Source: an uncultured bacterium
GTDB lineage: Bacteria > Verrucomicrobiota > Kiritimatiellia > RFP12 > UBA1067
Assembly (NCBI GenBank): GCA_902780865.1
Contig: CACZHC010000008.1
Span: 1 to 60,884, forward strand
Length of the DNA: 60,884 nt
Reading direction: 5' to 3'
This document shows, piece by piece, positions 54,278 through 60,884 of the stretch (its first letter is position 1; each line of letters begins with the position of its first letter). The position numbers and the translations under genes are program-made. The notes below the pieces were generated by a model, which saw only the letters and a program-made list of their open reading frames with translations, did not search any database and was not told the DNA's origin.

Positions 54278-54397
54278 GATGCTCGTATTATAGCAAATTG
54301 GCGGATGGTTTTTGCAGATAAACAGGCTACCCCCCTTGCGCGGTTGGTAAGAATAATGTATAATATCCGCTCAATTTCGCAAAGGGAAAGAAAAGAC

Positions 54398-54604
54398 ATG
54401 AAGAAAGACATCCACCCGAACTACGGCGAGGCCACGATCACCTGCGCTTGCGGCAACGTCATCAAGACCCGTTCCACCAAGAAGGAGATGACGGTCAACA
54501 CCTGCTCCGCTTGCCACCCCTACTTCACCGGGCAGAAGACGATGGTCGATACCGAGGGCCGCGTCGACTCCTTCAAGAAGCGCTACGCGAAGTTCGCGAA
54601 GTAA
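54398..54604 (+). CDS. rpmE: 50S ribosomal protein L31
   Basis: [63 protein letters not shown] is the canonical L31 type A sequence. The ORF is embedded at the end of a spurious 322-aa tracked ORF. Confidence 0.95.
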   Translation: MKKDIHPNYGEATITCACGNVIKTRSTKKEMTVNTCSACHPYFTGQKTMVDTEGRVDSFKKRYAKFAK

Positions 54605-54608
54605 GCTT

Positions 54609-55592
54609 TTGGTCGACAAAGAACAGATCGAGAGCGTACTGGGTCGCCTGCCGTCCGTCGAGGCGGAAATGGGCGACCCCGCTGTTTTATCGGACAGAAA
54701 GCGCTACCGCGCTGTCCTGGACGAATACTCTTTCCTCAAGAAACTCGACTACGCATGGACCGCGTATCAGCTTGAGGAGGCGACCGAGCAGGAAGTGCTC
54801 GCGGCGCTTTTGCCGCCAGACCCGCTCGAGCGCCGCAACGCCGTGATGGAAATCCGTGCCGGAACTGGCGGCGAGGAGGCGGCGCTTTTCGCGGGAGATC
54901 TCTTCCGCATGTATTCCCGCTACTGCGAGACGCAGGGCTGGAAGGTCGTCGTGATGAGCTCCAACGCGACTTCGCTCGACGGCTACAAGGAAATCGTCTT
55001 CACGGTCAAGGGCGAGGACGCATACGGGCGGTTCCGGTTTGAGTCAGGCGCGCATCGCGTCCAGCGCGTTCCCGAGACCGAAGCGCAGGGCCGCATCCAC
55101 ACTTCCGCCGCGACAGTAGTCGTGTTCCCTGAGGCCGAAGAGGAAGACGAGATCGAGATTCCAGAGAAGGACTTAAGGATCGACCTTTTCTGCGCGGGCG
55201 GCGCAGGCGGGCAGCATGTCAACAAGACCGAGTCCGCCGTCCGCATGACGCACATCCCGACCGGGCTTGTAGCCGTATGCCAGGACGAGCGCTCGCAGAT
55301 TCGCAACCGCGAGAAGTGCCTTGCGACGCTGAAGGCGCGCATTCTCGACTTCCGCCGCCGCGAGGAAGAGGCGAAGATCGGCGCCGACCGTCTTACGCTG
55401 CGCGGCTCTGGCGACAGGTCCGACAAGATTCGCACTTACAATTTTCCGCAGAACCGCCTTACCGACCACCGCATTGGGCTTACGATTTACTCGCTCGACA
55501 GGATCATCGACGGCGATCTTGGGGCTGTTCTCGACGCTCTTCACGCACACGACGTTGAAGAGCGCATAAAGGCGGCGCTGGAGAGCAGGTGA
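54609..55592 (+). CDS. prfA: Peptide chain release factor 1
   Basis: [45 protein letters not shown] (P-x-T tripeptide region), [15 protein letters not shown] (GGQ) and [14 protein letters not shown] start 4 nt after rpmE. Confidence 0.9.
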   Translation: MVDKEQIESVLGRLPSVEAEMGDPAVLSDRKRYRAVLDEYSFLKKLDYAWTAYQLEEATEQEVLAALLPPDPLERRNAVMEIRAGTGGEEAALFAGDLFRMYSRYCETQGWKVVVMSSNATSLDGYKEIVFTVKGEDAYGRFRFESGAHRVQRVPETEAQGRIHTSAATVVVFPEAEEEDEIEIPEKDLRIDLFCAGGAGGQHVNKTESAVRMTHIPTGLVAVCQDERSQIRNREKCLATLKARILDFRRREEEAKIGADRLTLRGSGDRSDKIRTYNFPQNRLTDHRIGLTIYSLDRIIDGDLGAVLDALHAHDVEERIKAALESR

Positions 55593-55597
55593 CCACC

Positions 55598-56428
55598 ATG
55601 AACAAGATCATCGTCATAGCTGCAGGCGGGGAATATCCGCGGCTTCTCGTCGAGGGAGCAAAGCGCGCGGGCGTCGCGACAGTCGACGTCATGGCCGTGA
55701 AGGGGTCTTGCGAGCGCGCCACGATGCGCGCCGCCGACCACGTCTTTCCGTTTGCCGTGAGCGAGAGCGACAAGGCGATACGCTGGACGGCCGAGCAGGG
55801 CTACGACGGCGCGGTGCTTGCGGGGCAGGTGAGCCCCATGTCGCTTTTCCGCGGCAAGTTCGGGCCTGTCGTCCTCGGCTGGCTCAAGGAAATGCCTGTC
55901 AAGAACGCGCACACGATTTTTGGGAAGCTCGTCTCCGAGTTCGAGAAGGCGGGCGTCAGGATGATTCCCGCGAGCTCCTACATGGACGGGAATCTCCCGG
56001 GCGTCGGAGTCCTTACGAAGCGCGGGTTTACCGAACTTGAAAAGACAGACGCTGAGCGCGGCTTCCAGGTTGCTGCCGACGTTGGCCGCCACGATGTCGG
56101 CCAGACGGTGCTCGTCAAGTCAGGCATGGTTCTCGCGGTCGAGGCGTTCGAGGGCACTAACGCCGCCATAAAGCGCGCGGGGAAGCTCGGCAAGGGCTCG
56201 GTTCTCTGCAAGGCGGCGAGGGAAGGGCACGACTGGCGGTTCGACATTCCGGTCGTGGGCTTGAAGACGCTCAAGAACATGAAGAAGGCCGGTGTCACTG
56301 CGCTTGCGTTTCAGGCGGGTCGGCTTCTCCTTCTCGACCGCAAGAAGGTTGTGGATTTCGCCGACCGCAACAACATCGCAATCGTCGGCATTGATTCCGG
56401 GCTTCCGCCCGCGCCGACGCGCCCATGA
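55598..56428 (+). CDS. lpxI: UDP-2,3-diacylglucosamine pyrophosphatase LpxI (DUF1009 family)
   Basis: MNKIIVIAAGGEYPRLL, VLAGQV, DVGQTVLVKSGMVLAVEAFEGTNAAIKRAG, WRFDIPVVGLKTL and LAFQAGRLLLLD. ATG at 55598 (SD AGGTGA); an alternative GTG lies at 55589. Confidence 0.8.
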   Translation: MNKIIVIAAGGEYPRLLVEGAKRAGVATVDVMAVKGSCERATMRAADHVFPFAVSESDKAIRWTAEQGYDGAVLAGQVSPMSLFRGKFGPVVLGWLKEMPVKNAHTIFGKLVSEFEKAGVRMIPASSYMDGNLPGVGVLTKRGFTELEKTDAERGFQVAADVGRHDVGQTVLVKSGMVLAVEAFEGTNAAIKRAGKLGKGSVLCKAAREGHDWRFDIPVVGLKTLKNMKKAGVTALAFQAGRLLLLDRKKVVDFADRNNIAIVGIDSGLPPAPTRP

Positions 56429-56514
56429 CATTTTCAATCGATATGTCGGCGATTGCCATTCCAGCGTTTTTTTGATAAAATACCAAAACTTAAAGGCAAA
56501 CAAGGAACTGCTGA

Positions 56515-56742
56515 ATGGCGAAAGAAGAAGACCAGGCGATTGAAGTCACCGGGACGGTGACCAAGGTCCTGCCTGCAACAATGTACAAGGTGAAGCTCGA
56601 AAACGGGCACGAAGTGCTCGCGCACATCTCGGGGAAGATGCGCAAGTTTTTCATCAAGATCGCGATTGGCGACAAGGTCACCGTCGAGATCTCGCCCTAC
56701 GACCTCGGCAAGGGGCGCATCACCTACCGCCACAAGGCATGA
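56515..56742 (+). CDS. infA: Translation initiation factor IF-1
   Basis: [66 protein letters not shown] is the canonical IF-1 S1-fold sequence. Confidence 0.95.
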   Translation: MAKEEDQAIEVTGTVTKVLPATMYKVKLENGHEVLAHISGKMRKFFIKIAIGDKVTVEISPYDLGKGRITYRHKA

Positions 56743-56795
56743 TTTTGGGCGTACGACGCTGTTTCAAACTAACACTCAAAAAATAAGGACAAACC

Positions 56796-57530
56796 ATGTC
56801 AGGTCACAGCCACTGGGCGACAATCAAGCGCGCGAAAGGCGCGGCAGACGCGAAGAAGGGCAAAATCTTCTCGAAACTCGGCAAGGAAATCACCGACAAC
56901 AACCCGACGCTCCGCACTCTCATCGCCAAGGCGAAGGCGGCGCAGATGCCGAACGACAACATCGAGCGCGCGATCAAGAAGGGCACCGGAGAACTCGAGT
57001 CGGCCGAAATGGTCGACGCCCAGTACGAGGGCATCAAGGGCGGCACCGCCGTCGTCGTGCGCGTCCTTACCGACAACAAGAACCGCGCCGCGGCGGAAGT
57101 CTCGAACGTCTTCAAGAAGAACGGTCTCGAGCTCGCGAAGCCCGGGAGCGCCTCGCGCCTCTTCGACCGCATGGGCCAGATCATGATTCCCGCAGCCGAC
57201 GGCGTCACCGAGGACAAGGTGATGGAAGTCGCGCTCGAGGCGGGCGCGGAAGACGTCCTTTCCGAGGACGGCGGCTTCACCGTCAAGTGCCAGCCGAACG
57301 ATTTCACGACCGTCATCGAGGCGATCAAGGCCGGCGGAATCAATGTCGACGAGGAGAGCTCGAGTGTCGGGCTCGTCCCCAACATGACGAATCCCGTCTC
57401 CGACGTGAACGTCGCCAAGGCGATCAACAAGTTCGTCGAAATGCTCGAGGATCTCGAGGACGTCCAGGACGTCTACACGAACATGGAGACGACCGACGAG
57501 GTCGACGCCGCCCTTGAGGCGGAGGGCTGA
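56796..57530 (+). CDS. yebC: YebC/PmpR-family DNA-binding regulator
   Basis: MSGHSHWATIKRAKGAADAKKGKIFSKLGKEI, with length and domain order typical of the family. Confidence 0.9.
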   Translation: MSGHSHWATIKRAKGAADAKKGKIFSKLGKEITDNNPTLRTLIAKAKAAQMPNDNIERAIKKGTGELESAEMVDAQYEGIKGGTAVVVRVLTDNKNRAAAEVSNVFKKNGLELAKPGSASRLFDRMGQIMIPAADGVTEDKVMEVALEAGAEDVLSEDGGFTVKCQPNDFTTVIEAIKAGGINVDEESSSVGLVPNMTNPVSDVNVAKAINKFVEMLEDLEDVQDVYTNMETTDEVDAALEAEG

Positions 57531-57539
57531 GAAGCCCCC

Positions 57540-57569
57540 TTGACTTCGCGGCGCGTAGAATGATATACT
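57540..57569 (+). promoter_or_regulatory. Sigma70-type promoter upstream of the tRNA-Tyr-like gene
   Basis: TTGACT (57540-57545), an 18-nt spacer and TATACT (57564-57569), about 18 nt before the tRNA-like 5' end. Confidence 0.55.
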
Positions 57570-57586
57570 ATGCGCCGTTTTCCGAT

Positions 57587-57656
57587 TGTGGGATACTCAA
57601 GCGGTCAACGAGGGCAGACTGTAAATCTGCTGGCTAACGCCTTCAGTGGTTCGAAT
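57587..57656 (+). tRNA. tRNA-Tyr(GUA)-like gene lacking the 3' T-stem and acceptor strand (truncated or non-canonical)
   Basis: Acceptor 5' strand TGTGGGA, then TA. D arm CTCA/AGCGGTCAAC/GAG. Anticodon arm GCAGA-CTGTAAA-TCTGC (GTA at 57621-57623). Long variable arm TGGCTAACGCCTTC. T stem 5' strand AGTGG and T loop TTCGAAT. The expected CCACT plus TCCCACA is replaced by GCTTGCCGCTGAGC. Confidence 0.5.
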
Positions 57657-57676
57657 GCTTGCCGCTGAGCACGAGT

Positions 57677-57705
57677 AGGACGCATCATCTGCGTCCTTGA
57701 CTTTT
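57677..57705 (+). terminator. Hairpin terminator after the tRNA-like gene
   Basis: An 8-bp perfect stem, AGGACGCA (57677-57684) paired with TGCGTCCT (57690-57697), is followed by TGACTTTTA. Confidence 0.6.
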
Positions 57706-57725
57706 ATCGGGATTTTTAGGATAAT
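57697..57725 (+). promoter_or_regulatory. Sigma70-type promoter of fucO
   Basis: TTGACT (57697-57702), a 17-nt spacer and GATAAT (57720-57725). SD AAAGGA precedes the ATG at 57755. Confidence 0.55.
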
Positions 57726-57754
57726 TCTCGTTAACCAAGAAAGGATTACGACCA

Positions 57755-58903
57755 ATGGTCACACGTATCATCTTGAACGAAACGTCATATCACGGCGCTG
57801 GCGCCGTGAAGTCAATCGTCGCCGAGCTCGCCGCGCGCGGGCTCAAGAACCCGATAGTGTTCTCCGACCCCGACCTCGTGAAGTTCGGCGTCACGAAGAA
57901 GGTCACCGACATTCTCGCAAAGGCGAAGGTCAGGTACACCCTCTACTCCGACATCAAGCCGAATCCCACGGTCGAGAACGTCAAGAACGGCGTGAAGGCC
58001 GCGAAGAAGGCGAAGGCCGACTGCATCGTCGCCATCGGCGGCGGCAGCTCCATGGACACCGCAAAGGCCGTCGGCATCATCATCACCAACCCGAAGTTCG
58101 CCGACGTCCGCTCGCTCGAGGGCTTCGCGCCGACGAAGAAGCCGTGCCTGCCGATTCTCGCCGTTCCGACGACCGCCGGCACCGCGGCGGAAGTGACGAT
58201 CAACTACGTCATCACCGACGTCCAGAAGAAGCGCAAGTTCGTGTGCTGTGACCCCCACGACATCCCCGTCGTCGCGTTCGTTGATCCCGAGATGATGTCG
58301 ACGATGCCAAAGAGTCTTACGGCGTTTACCGGCATGGACGCGCTCACTCACGCGATCGAGGGCTACATCACGAAGGGCGCGTGCCCGATGACGGACATGA
58401 TGCACCTCGAGGCGATTCGCCTCATCTCCGCGAACCTCCGCGACGCCGTCGCCAACAAGCCGTCGGGACGCGCGGGCATGGCGCTCGGCCAGTACATCGC
58501 CGGCATGGGCTTCTCGAACGTCGGCCTTGGCGTCGACCACTCGATGGCGCACGGTCTCTCCGCGCTCTACAACACGCCGCACGGCATGGCCTGCGCGATT
58601 CTCCTTCCGACCGCGATGAAGTTCAACGCGCCGAAGACCGGCAAGCGCTACATCGAGATCGCGAAGGCAATGGGCGTGAAGGGCGTCGACAAGCTCACGC
58701 TCCAGGCGGCGCGCAAGGCCGCGATTGCCGCCGTTGAAAAGCTTTCGAAGGACGTCGGCATTCCGGCGAACCTGAAGGGCATCCTCAAGAAAGAGGACAT
58801 CCCGTTCCTCGCGAAGAGCGCATACGCCGATGCGTGTCGGCCGGGTAACCCGCGCGACTGCACGGTGAAGGATATCGAGCGCCTCTACAAGTCGCTTGTC
58901 TGA
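57755..58903 (+). CDS. fucO: Iron-containing alcohol dehydrogenase, lactaldehyde reductase-like
   Basis: Collinear with my recollection of E. coli FucO over the whole length: ILNETSYHGAGAV, IAIGGGSSMDTAKA, FADVRSLEG, ILAVPTTAGTAAEVTINYVITD, KRKFVCCDPHDIPVVAFVDPEMM, DALTHAIEGYIT, GMGFSNVGLGVDHSMAH and YNTPHGMACAILLP. Confidence 0.9.
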   Translation: MVTRIILNETSYHGAGAVKSIVAELAARGLKNPIVFSDPDLVKFGVTKKVTDILAKAKVRYTLYSDIKPNPTVENVKNGVKAAKKAKADCIVAIGGGSSMDTAKAVGIIITNPKFADVRSLEGFAPTKKPCLPILAVPTTAGTAAEVTINYVITDVQKKRKFVCCDPHDIPVVAFVDPEMMSTMPKSLTAFTGMDALTHAIEGYITKGACPMTDMMHLEAIRLISANLRDAVANKPSGRAGMALGQYIAGMGFSNVGLGVDHSMAHGLSALYNTPHGMACAILLPTAMKFNAPKTGKRYIEIAKAMGVKGVDKLTLQAARKAAIAAVEKLSKDVGIPANLKGILKKEDIPFLAKSAYADACRPGNPRDCTVKDIERLYKSLV

Positions 58904-58910
58904 AGCAGAG

Positions 58911-58938
58911 AGGGGAGAGGCCGAGCCTCTCCCCTTTT
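58911..58938 (+). terminator. Intrinsic terminator after fucO
   Basis: An 11-bp perfect stem, AGGGGAGAGGC (58911-58921) paired with GCCTCTCCCCT (58925-58935), is followed by TTT. Confidence 0.8.
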
Positions 58939-59010
58939 CCGTAACCAACGGCAACGTGACATTGGCTGGTTTTTTGGTATACTGCAAGGCAACCAAGGGA
59001 GAATGTCGCA

Positions 59011-59190
59011 ATGACAGCAAAAAAAGGAATCTCTTATCGCGAGTACGCGCTTCTCGTTAGTATCGTTGCCGTCTTCGTCGCGGTTGCCGCGATTTTCTTC
59101 GGTGACGACCTCAAGGGACTCTTCGGCCCGAATGACACGCCTTTAGAAAATCTCGCACAAGCCCCCTTGCACGAAGGGAGCCAGTTTTGA
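59011..59190 (+). CDS. Flp/Fap-family type IVb prepilin (59 aa; below the ORF-track length cutoff)
   Basis: My own translation is MTAKKGISYREYALLVSIVAVFVAVAAIFFGDDLKGLFGPNDTPLENLAQAPLHEGSQF. It has the G/xxxxEY processing motif (KKG-ISYREY) followed by a hydrophobic helix, as in Flp pilins. A TGGTATACT -10 element lies at 58975-58983. Confidence 0.6.
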   Translation: MTAKKGISYREYALLVSIVAVFVAVAAIFFGDDLKGLFGPNDTPLENLAQAPLHEGSQF

Positions 59191-59213
59191 TATAATATTA
59201 ACCACTTGACCAT

Positions 59214-59288
59214 TCGGGCGTGGCGCAGTGGTAGCGCAGTTGACTGTTAATCAATTGGTCGCTGGTTCGAATCCAGCCGCCCGAGCCA
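59214..59288 (+). tRNA. tRNA-Asn (GTT)
   Basis: The cloverleaf folds cleanly. Acceptor TCGGGCG/CGCCCGA, D stem GCGC/GCGC, anticodon arm GTTGA-CTGTTAA-TCAAT, T arm GCTGG-TTCGAAT-CCAGC, discriminator G and an encoded CCA. Confidence 0.9.
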
Positions 59289-59308
59289 AGTTTATGGTTC
59301 CCCATGAT

Positions 59309-59615
59309 GGGGGTGATCCGGTTTCGACGGGACATGTTGAGGTCAGATCGCGCGTCGTGGATCCTCGTTGGCCACGTAAAAAACGAGGAAAAAAAGTAAT
59401 TGCGAACAACGATTACGCTCTCGCCGCCTAATTAACGGCCGCGATGTCCGCTTGAGGGGGCTCCGCTCGCTCGCTTAAGGGTGCCGAACCGAGCGGGTGG
59501 TTGCGGATAAGCCCGGACGTCGGCGTACCGCTTCCGAGATCAAAGGCGCCATACACGCGTAGAAGTTTGGTTGATTCTGTTTCGGACAGGGGTTCGACTC
59601 CCCTCACCTCCACCA
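59309..59615 (+). ncRNA. ssrA: tmRNA (SsrA), tag peptide ANNDYALAA
   Basis: The 5' GGGGGTGATCCGGTTTCGACGGGA pairs with the 3' CACCTCC-A-CCA, including the G3:U pair. T arm AGGGG-TTCGACT-CCCCT. The tag reading frame GCG AAC AAC GAT TAC GCT CTC GCC GCC TAA lies at 59402-59431. Confidence 0.9.
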
Positions 59616-59708
59616 ACCTTCGCTCGGCAAAGCTGAGCTTCGGCTCGGCGAGCCATCCTCCAAGCGGAGCGCTTACCAATGGCCGATGTAATTTGATATA
59701 ATATTGCA

Positions 59709-59790
59709 CGTACGGGGTGCTGCTGCGCATGGTGCGCGGCGGCTGAGATGAGACCCGCAGAACCTGATCCGGGTAATGCCGGCGGAGGAA
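59709..59790 (+). promoter_or_regulatory. TPP (THI-box) riboswitch
   Basis: ACGGGGTGC..CTGAGA..ACCC..GAACCTGATCCGGGTAATGCCGGCGGAGGAAG matches the THI element core. It is preceded by TGATATAAT (59694-59702), and the SD GGAGGAAG of thiS lies at its 3' edge. Confidence 0.85.
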
Positions 59791-59794
59791 GATA

Positions 59795-59995
59795 ATGAAG
59801 ATCAAGTACCAAGGCGAAGCCGTCGATACGACGGCGAAGACGGTTGCCGAGTTTCTCTCGGCACGAGGCGTAGATTCAGCGAAGGCGATTGTCGAATACG
59901 ACGGCGAAGTGTATGCGCCAGGCGCGGACCTTGCGTCGCTTGCGCTAAAGGCAGAAGCGCCTCTCGACGTGTTTAAGCTGACGGCGGGAGGCTGA
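59795..59995 (+). CDS. thiS: Sulfur carrier protein ThiS
   Basis: A 66-aa ubiquitin-like protein ending in ..LTAGG (C-terminal Gly-Gly), immediately downstream of the TPP riboswitch. Confidence 0.85.
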   Translation: MKIKYQGEAVDTTAKTVAEFLSARGVDSAKAIVEYDGEVYAPGADLASLALKAEAPLDVFKLTAGG

Positions 59996-59996
59996 G

Positions 59997-60596
59997 ATGG
60001 CGGCAAACACGTATCTCACTTCCGAGGAGCGGACGTTGCTCGAATCGGCGCGCGTCGGGATTGCGGGCGCAGGCGGGCTTGGCTCCAACTGCGCGATGCA
60101 TCTCGTTCGTGCGGGAGTAAAACATCTCACCGTAGTGGATTTCGACGTCGTGAACGAGTCGAATCTCAACAGGCAGTTCTTCTTCCGCGACCAGATCGGG
60201 CAGAAGAAGGTCGAGGCGCTGAAGGAGAATCTTCTCAGGATCGAGCCGGATGTCGACATCAAGGCCGTCGACCTTAGGCTCGACACGGCTTCGACGCGTT
60301 CTGTCTTCGCAGACTGTGCGATCGTCGTGGAGGCGTTCGATGTCGTTGACGCGAAGGCGATGATCCTCGCCGCGCTCGTCGGCAGCGGAAAGAAGCTCGT
60401 CACGGCGAGCGGCCTTGCAGGATGGGGGCGGTCGAACGCGATACGCCTGCGCCGGATGGGGCCTGACATCGTCGCCATTGGCGACGGGGAAACGTCCGTC
60501 GGCAAGGGCGTCGCTCCGGTCTCTCCCCGTGTCGGAATCGCCGCGGCGATGCAGGCGAACGCGGTGGTCTCGCTCCTCCTGGGCTGCGAACCTTAG
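59997..60596 (+). CDS. thiF: ThiF-family adenylyltransferase (ThiS adenylyltransferase)
   Basis: VGIAGAGGLGSNCAMHLVRAGVKHLTVVDFDVVNESNLNRQ (nucleotide-binding E1-like motif). The start lies 1 nt after the thiS stop. The protein is short, at 199 aa. Confidence 0.8.
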   Translation: MAANTYLTSEERTLLESARVGIAGAGGLGSNCAMHLVRAGVKHLTVVDFDVVNESNLNRQFFFRDQIGQKKVEALKENLLRIEPDVDIKAVDLRLDTASTRSVFADCAIVVEAFDVVDAKAMILAALVGSGKKLVTASGLAGWGRSNAIRLRRMGPDIVAIGDGETSVGKGVAPVSPRVGIAAAMQANAVVSLLLGCEP

Positions 60597-60698
60597 CCGC
60601 AACGCGGCGGTGTGTCGCATTGCCGTCCTTGCTCATTACCAAATGGTCATCTTTCGGTAATGAGTCCGTAATCCTCATTCTGTATACTGTATGCGGAT

Positions 60699-60884
60699 AT
60701 GAGGGAAGTATTGTCTATTCTTGTGGTGGTCGGCGGTGGACTCGGCACGTTCCTGCTGGGGATGAAGCATCTGTCCGAGGGACTCCAGTCCGTCAGCGGA
60801 TCGGGCCTTCGCAGGTTCATGTCGCTCGCGACCACGCACCGCCTGGCCGGAATCGGCACGGGCGTCGTCTCGACGATGATCGTC
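60699..60884 (+). CDS. Na/Pi cotransporter family protein (3'-truncated by the window end)
   Basis: MREVLSILVVVGGGLGTFLLGMKHLSEGLQSVSGSGLRRFMSLATTHRLAGIGTGVVSTMIV matches the conserved N-terminus of NptA-type Na/Pi cotransporters. The frame is open to the window end. Confidence 0.75.
   Translation, partial: MREVLSILVVVGGGLGTFLLGMKHLSEGLQSVSGSGLRRFMSLATTHRLAGIGTGVVSTMIV

Noticed and set aside
59228-59431. 67-aa + strand ORF
   Set aside because: It runs through tRNA-Asn and the 5' half of tmRNA. Its last residues (ANNDYALAA) are simply the tmRNA tag reading frame.
59632-59649. Hairpin GCTGAGC-TTCG-GCTCGGC just after the tmRNA 3' end, considered as a terminator
   Set aside because: The 7-bp stem has one G:U pair and no following T-tract. 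It may aid 3' processing or termination, but I cannot support a terminator call.
60632-60679. Two mutually exclusive hairpins after thiF (CTCATTACC/GGTAATGAG at 60632-60664, and AATGAG/CTCATT at 60659-60679), considered as an attenuator or riboswitch for the Na/Pi transporter
   Set aside because: There is no U-tract and I recognise no conserved riboswitch core. The second hairpin lies upstream of the putative -10 (TATACT, 60683-60688), so it would not be in the transporter mRNA. It is probably just the thiSF 3' structure.

Overview
About 60.9 kb of high-GC (roughly 60-65% by eye), gene-dense bacterial chromosome, mostly transcribed on the + strand. I see no CRISPR array, transposase or prophage genes. 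All family assignments come from reading motifs in the translated ORFs; no database search was possible. The PEP-CTERM sorting signal, GH109-like Tat enzyme, LpxI and many secreted proteins of unknown family suggest a PVC-type Gram-negative (Lentisphaerota, Kiritimatiellota or Verrucomicrobiota-like). This is inference only.

Housekeeping content:
- Protein genes: dtd, rph, a sirtuin, topA, a XerC/D recombinase, infC (non-ATG start), pssA, parB, rpmE, prfA, lpxI, infA, yebC, fucO.
- RNA genes and regulators: tRNA-Asn, tmRNA, and a TPP riboswitch upstream of thiS-thiF.

Accessory or unusual content:
1. A PuuR-like HTH-cupin domain fused to an acyl-CoA synthetase, followed by an activase fused to a 2-hydroxyacyl-CoA-dehydratase-type domain (3.5-7.9 kb).
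2. A compositionally distinct, lower-GC operon of four signal-peptide proteins of unknown family ending in a PEP-CTERM protein. It is followed by a 1231-aa secreted protein with two glycine-rich domains (8.0-15.0 kb). This is my best candidate for an undescribed cell-surface system.
3. A duplicated module of a BvgS-like hybrid histidine kinase convergent with Ser/Thr kinases (17.4-26.9 kb).
4. A 12.5-kb translationally coupled envelope glycolipid or polysaccharide decoration operon (40.9-53.4 kb). It encodes glycosyltransferases, a membrane-anchored acyl-AMP ligase plus LpxL-type acyltransferase, kinase-like proteins, two DUF1796-like proteins (one apparently frameshifted) and an acetyltransferase-carrier-adenylation fusion.
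5. A promoter- and terminator-flanked tRNA-Tyr-like gene that lacks the 3' T-stem and acceptor strand.
6. A small secreted protein made of 21-aa YD-like repeats.
7. An orphan Flp-type pilin gene.

Extended -10 promoters (TGGTATAAT or TGATATAAT) recur upstream of many units. The many long antisense or alternate-frame ORFs in the track are treated as GC-driven artefacts.
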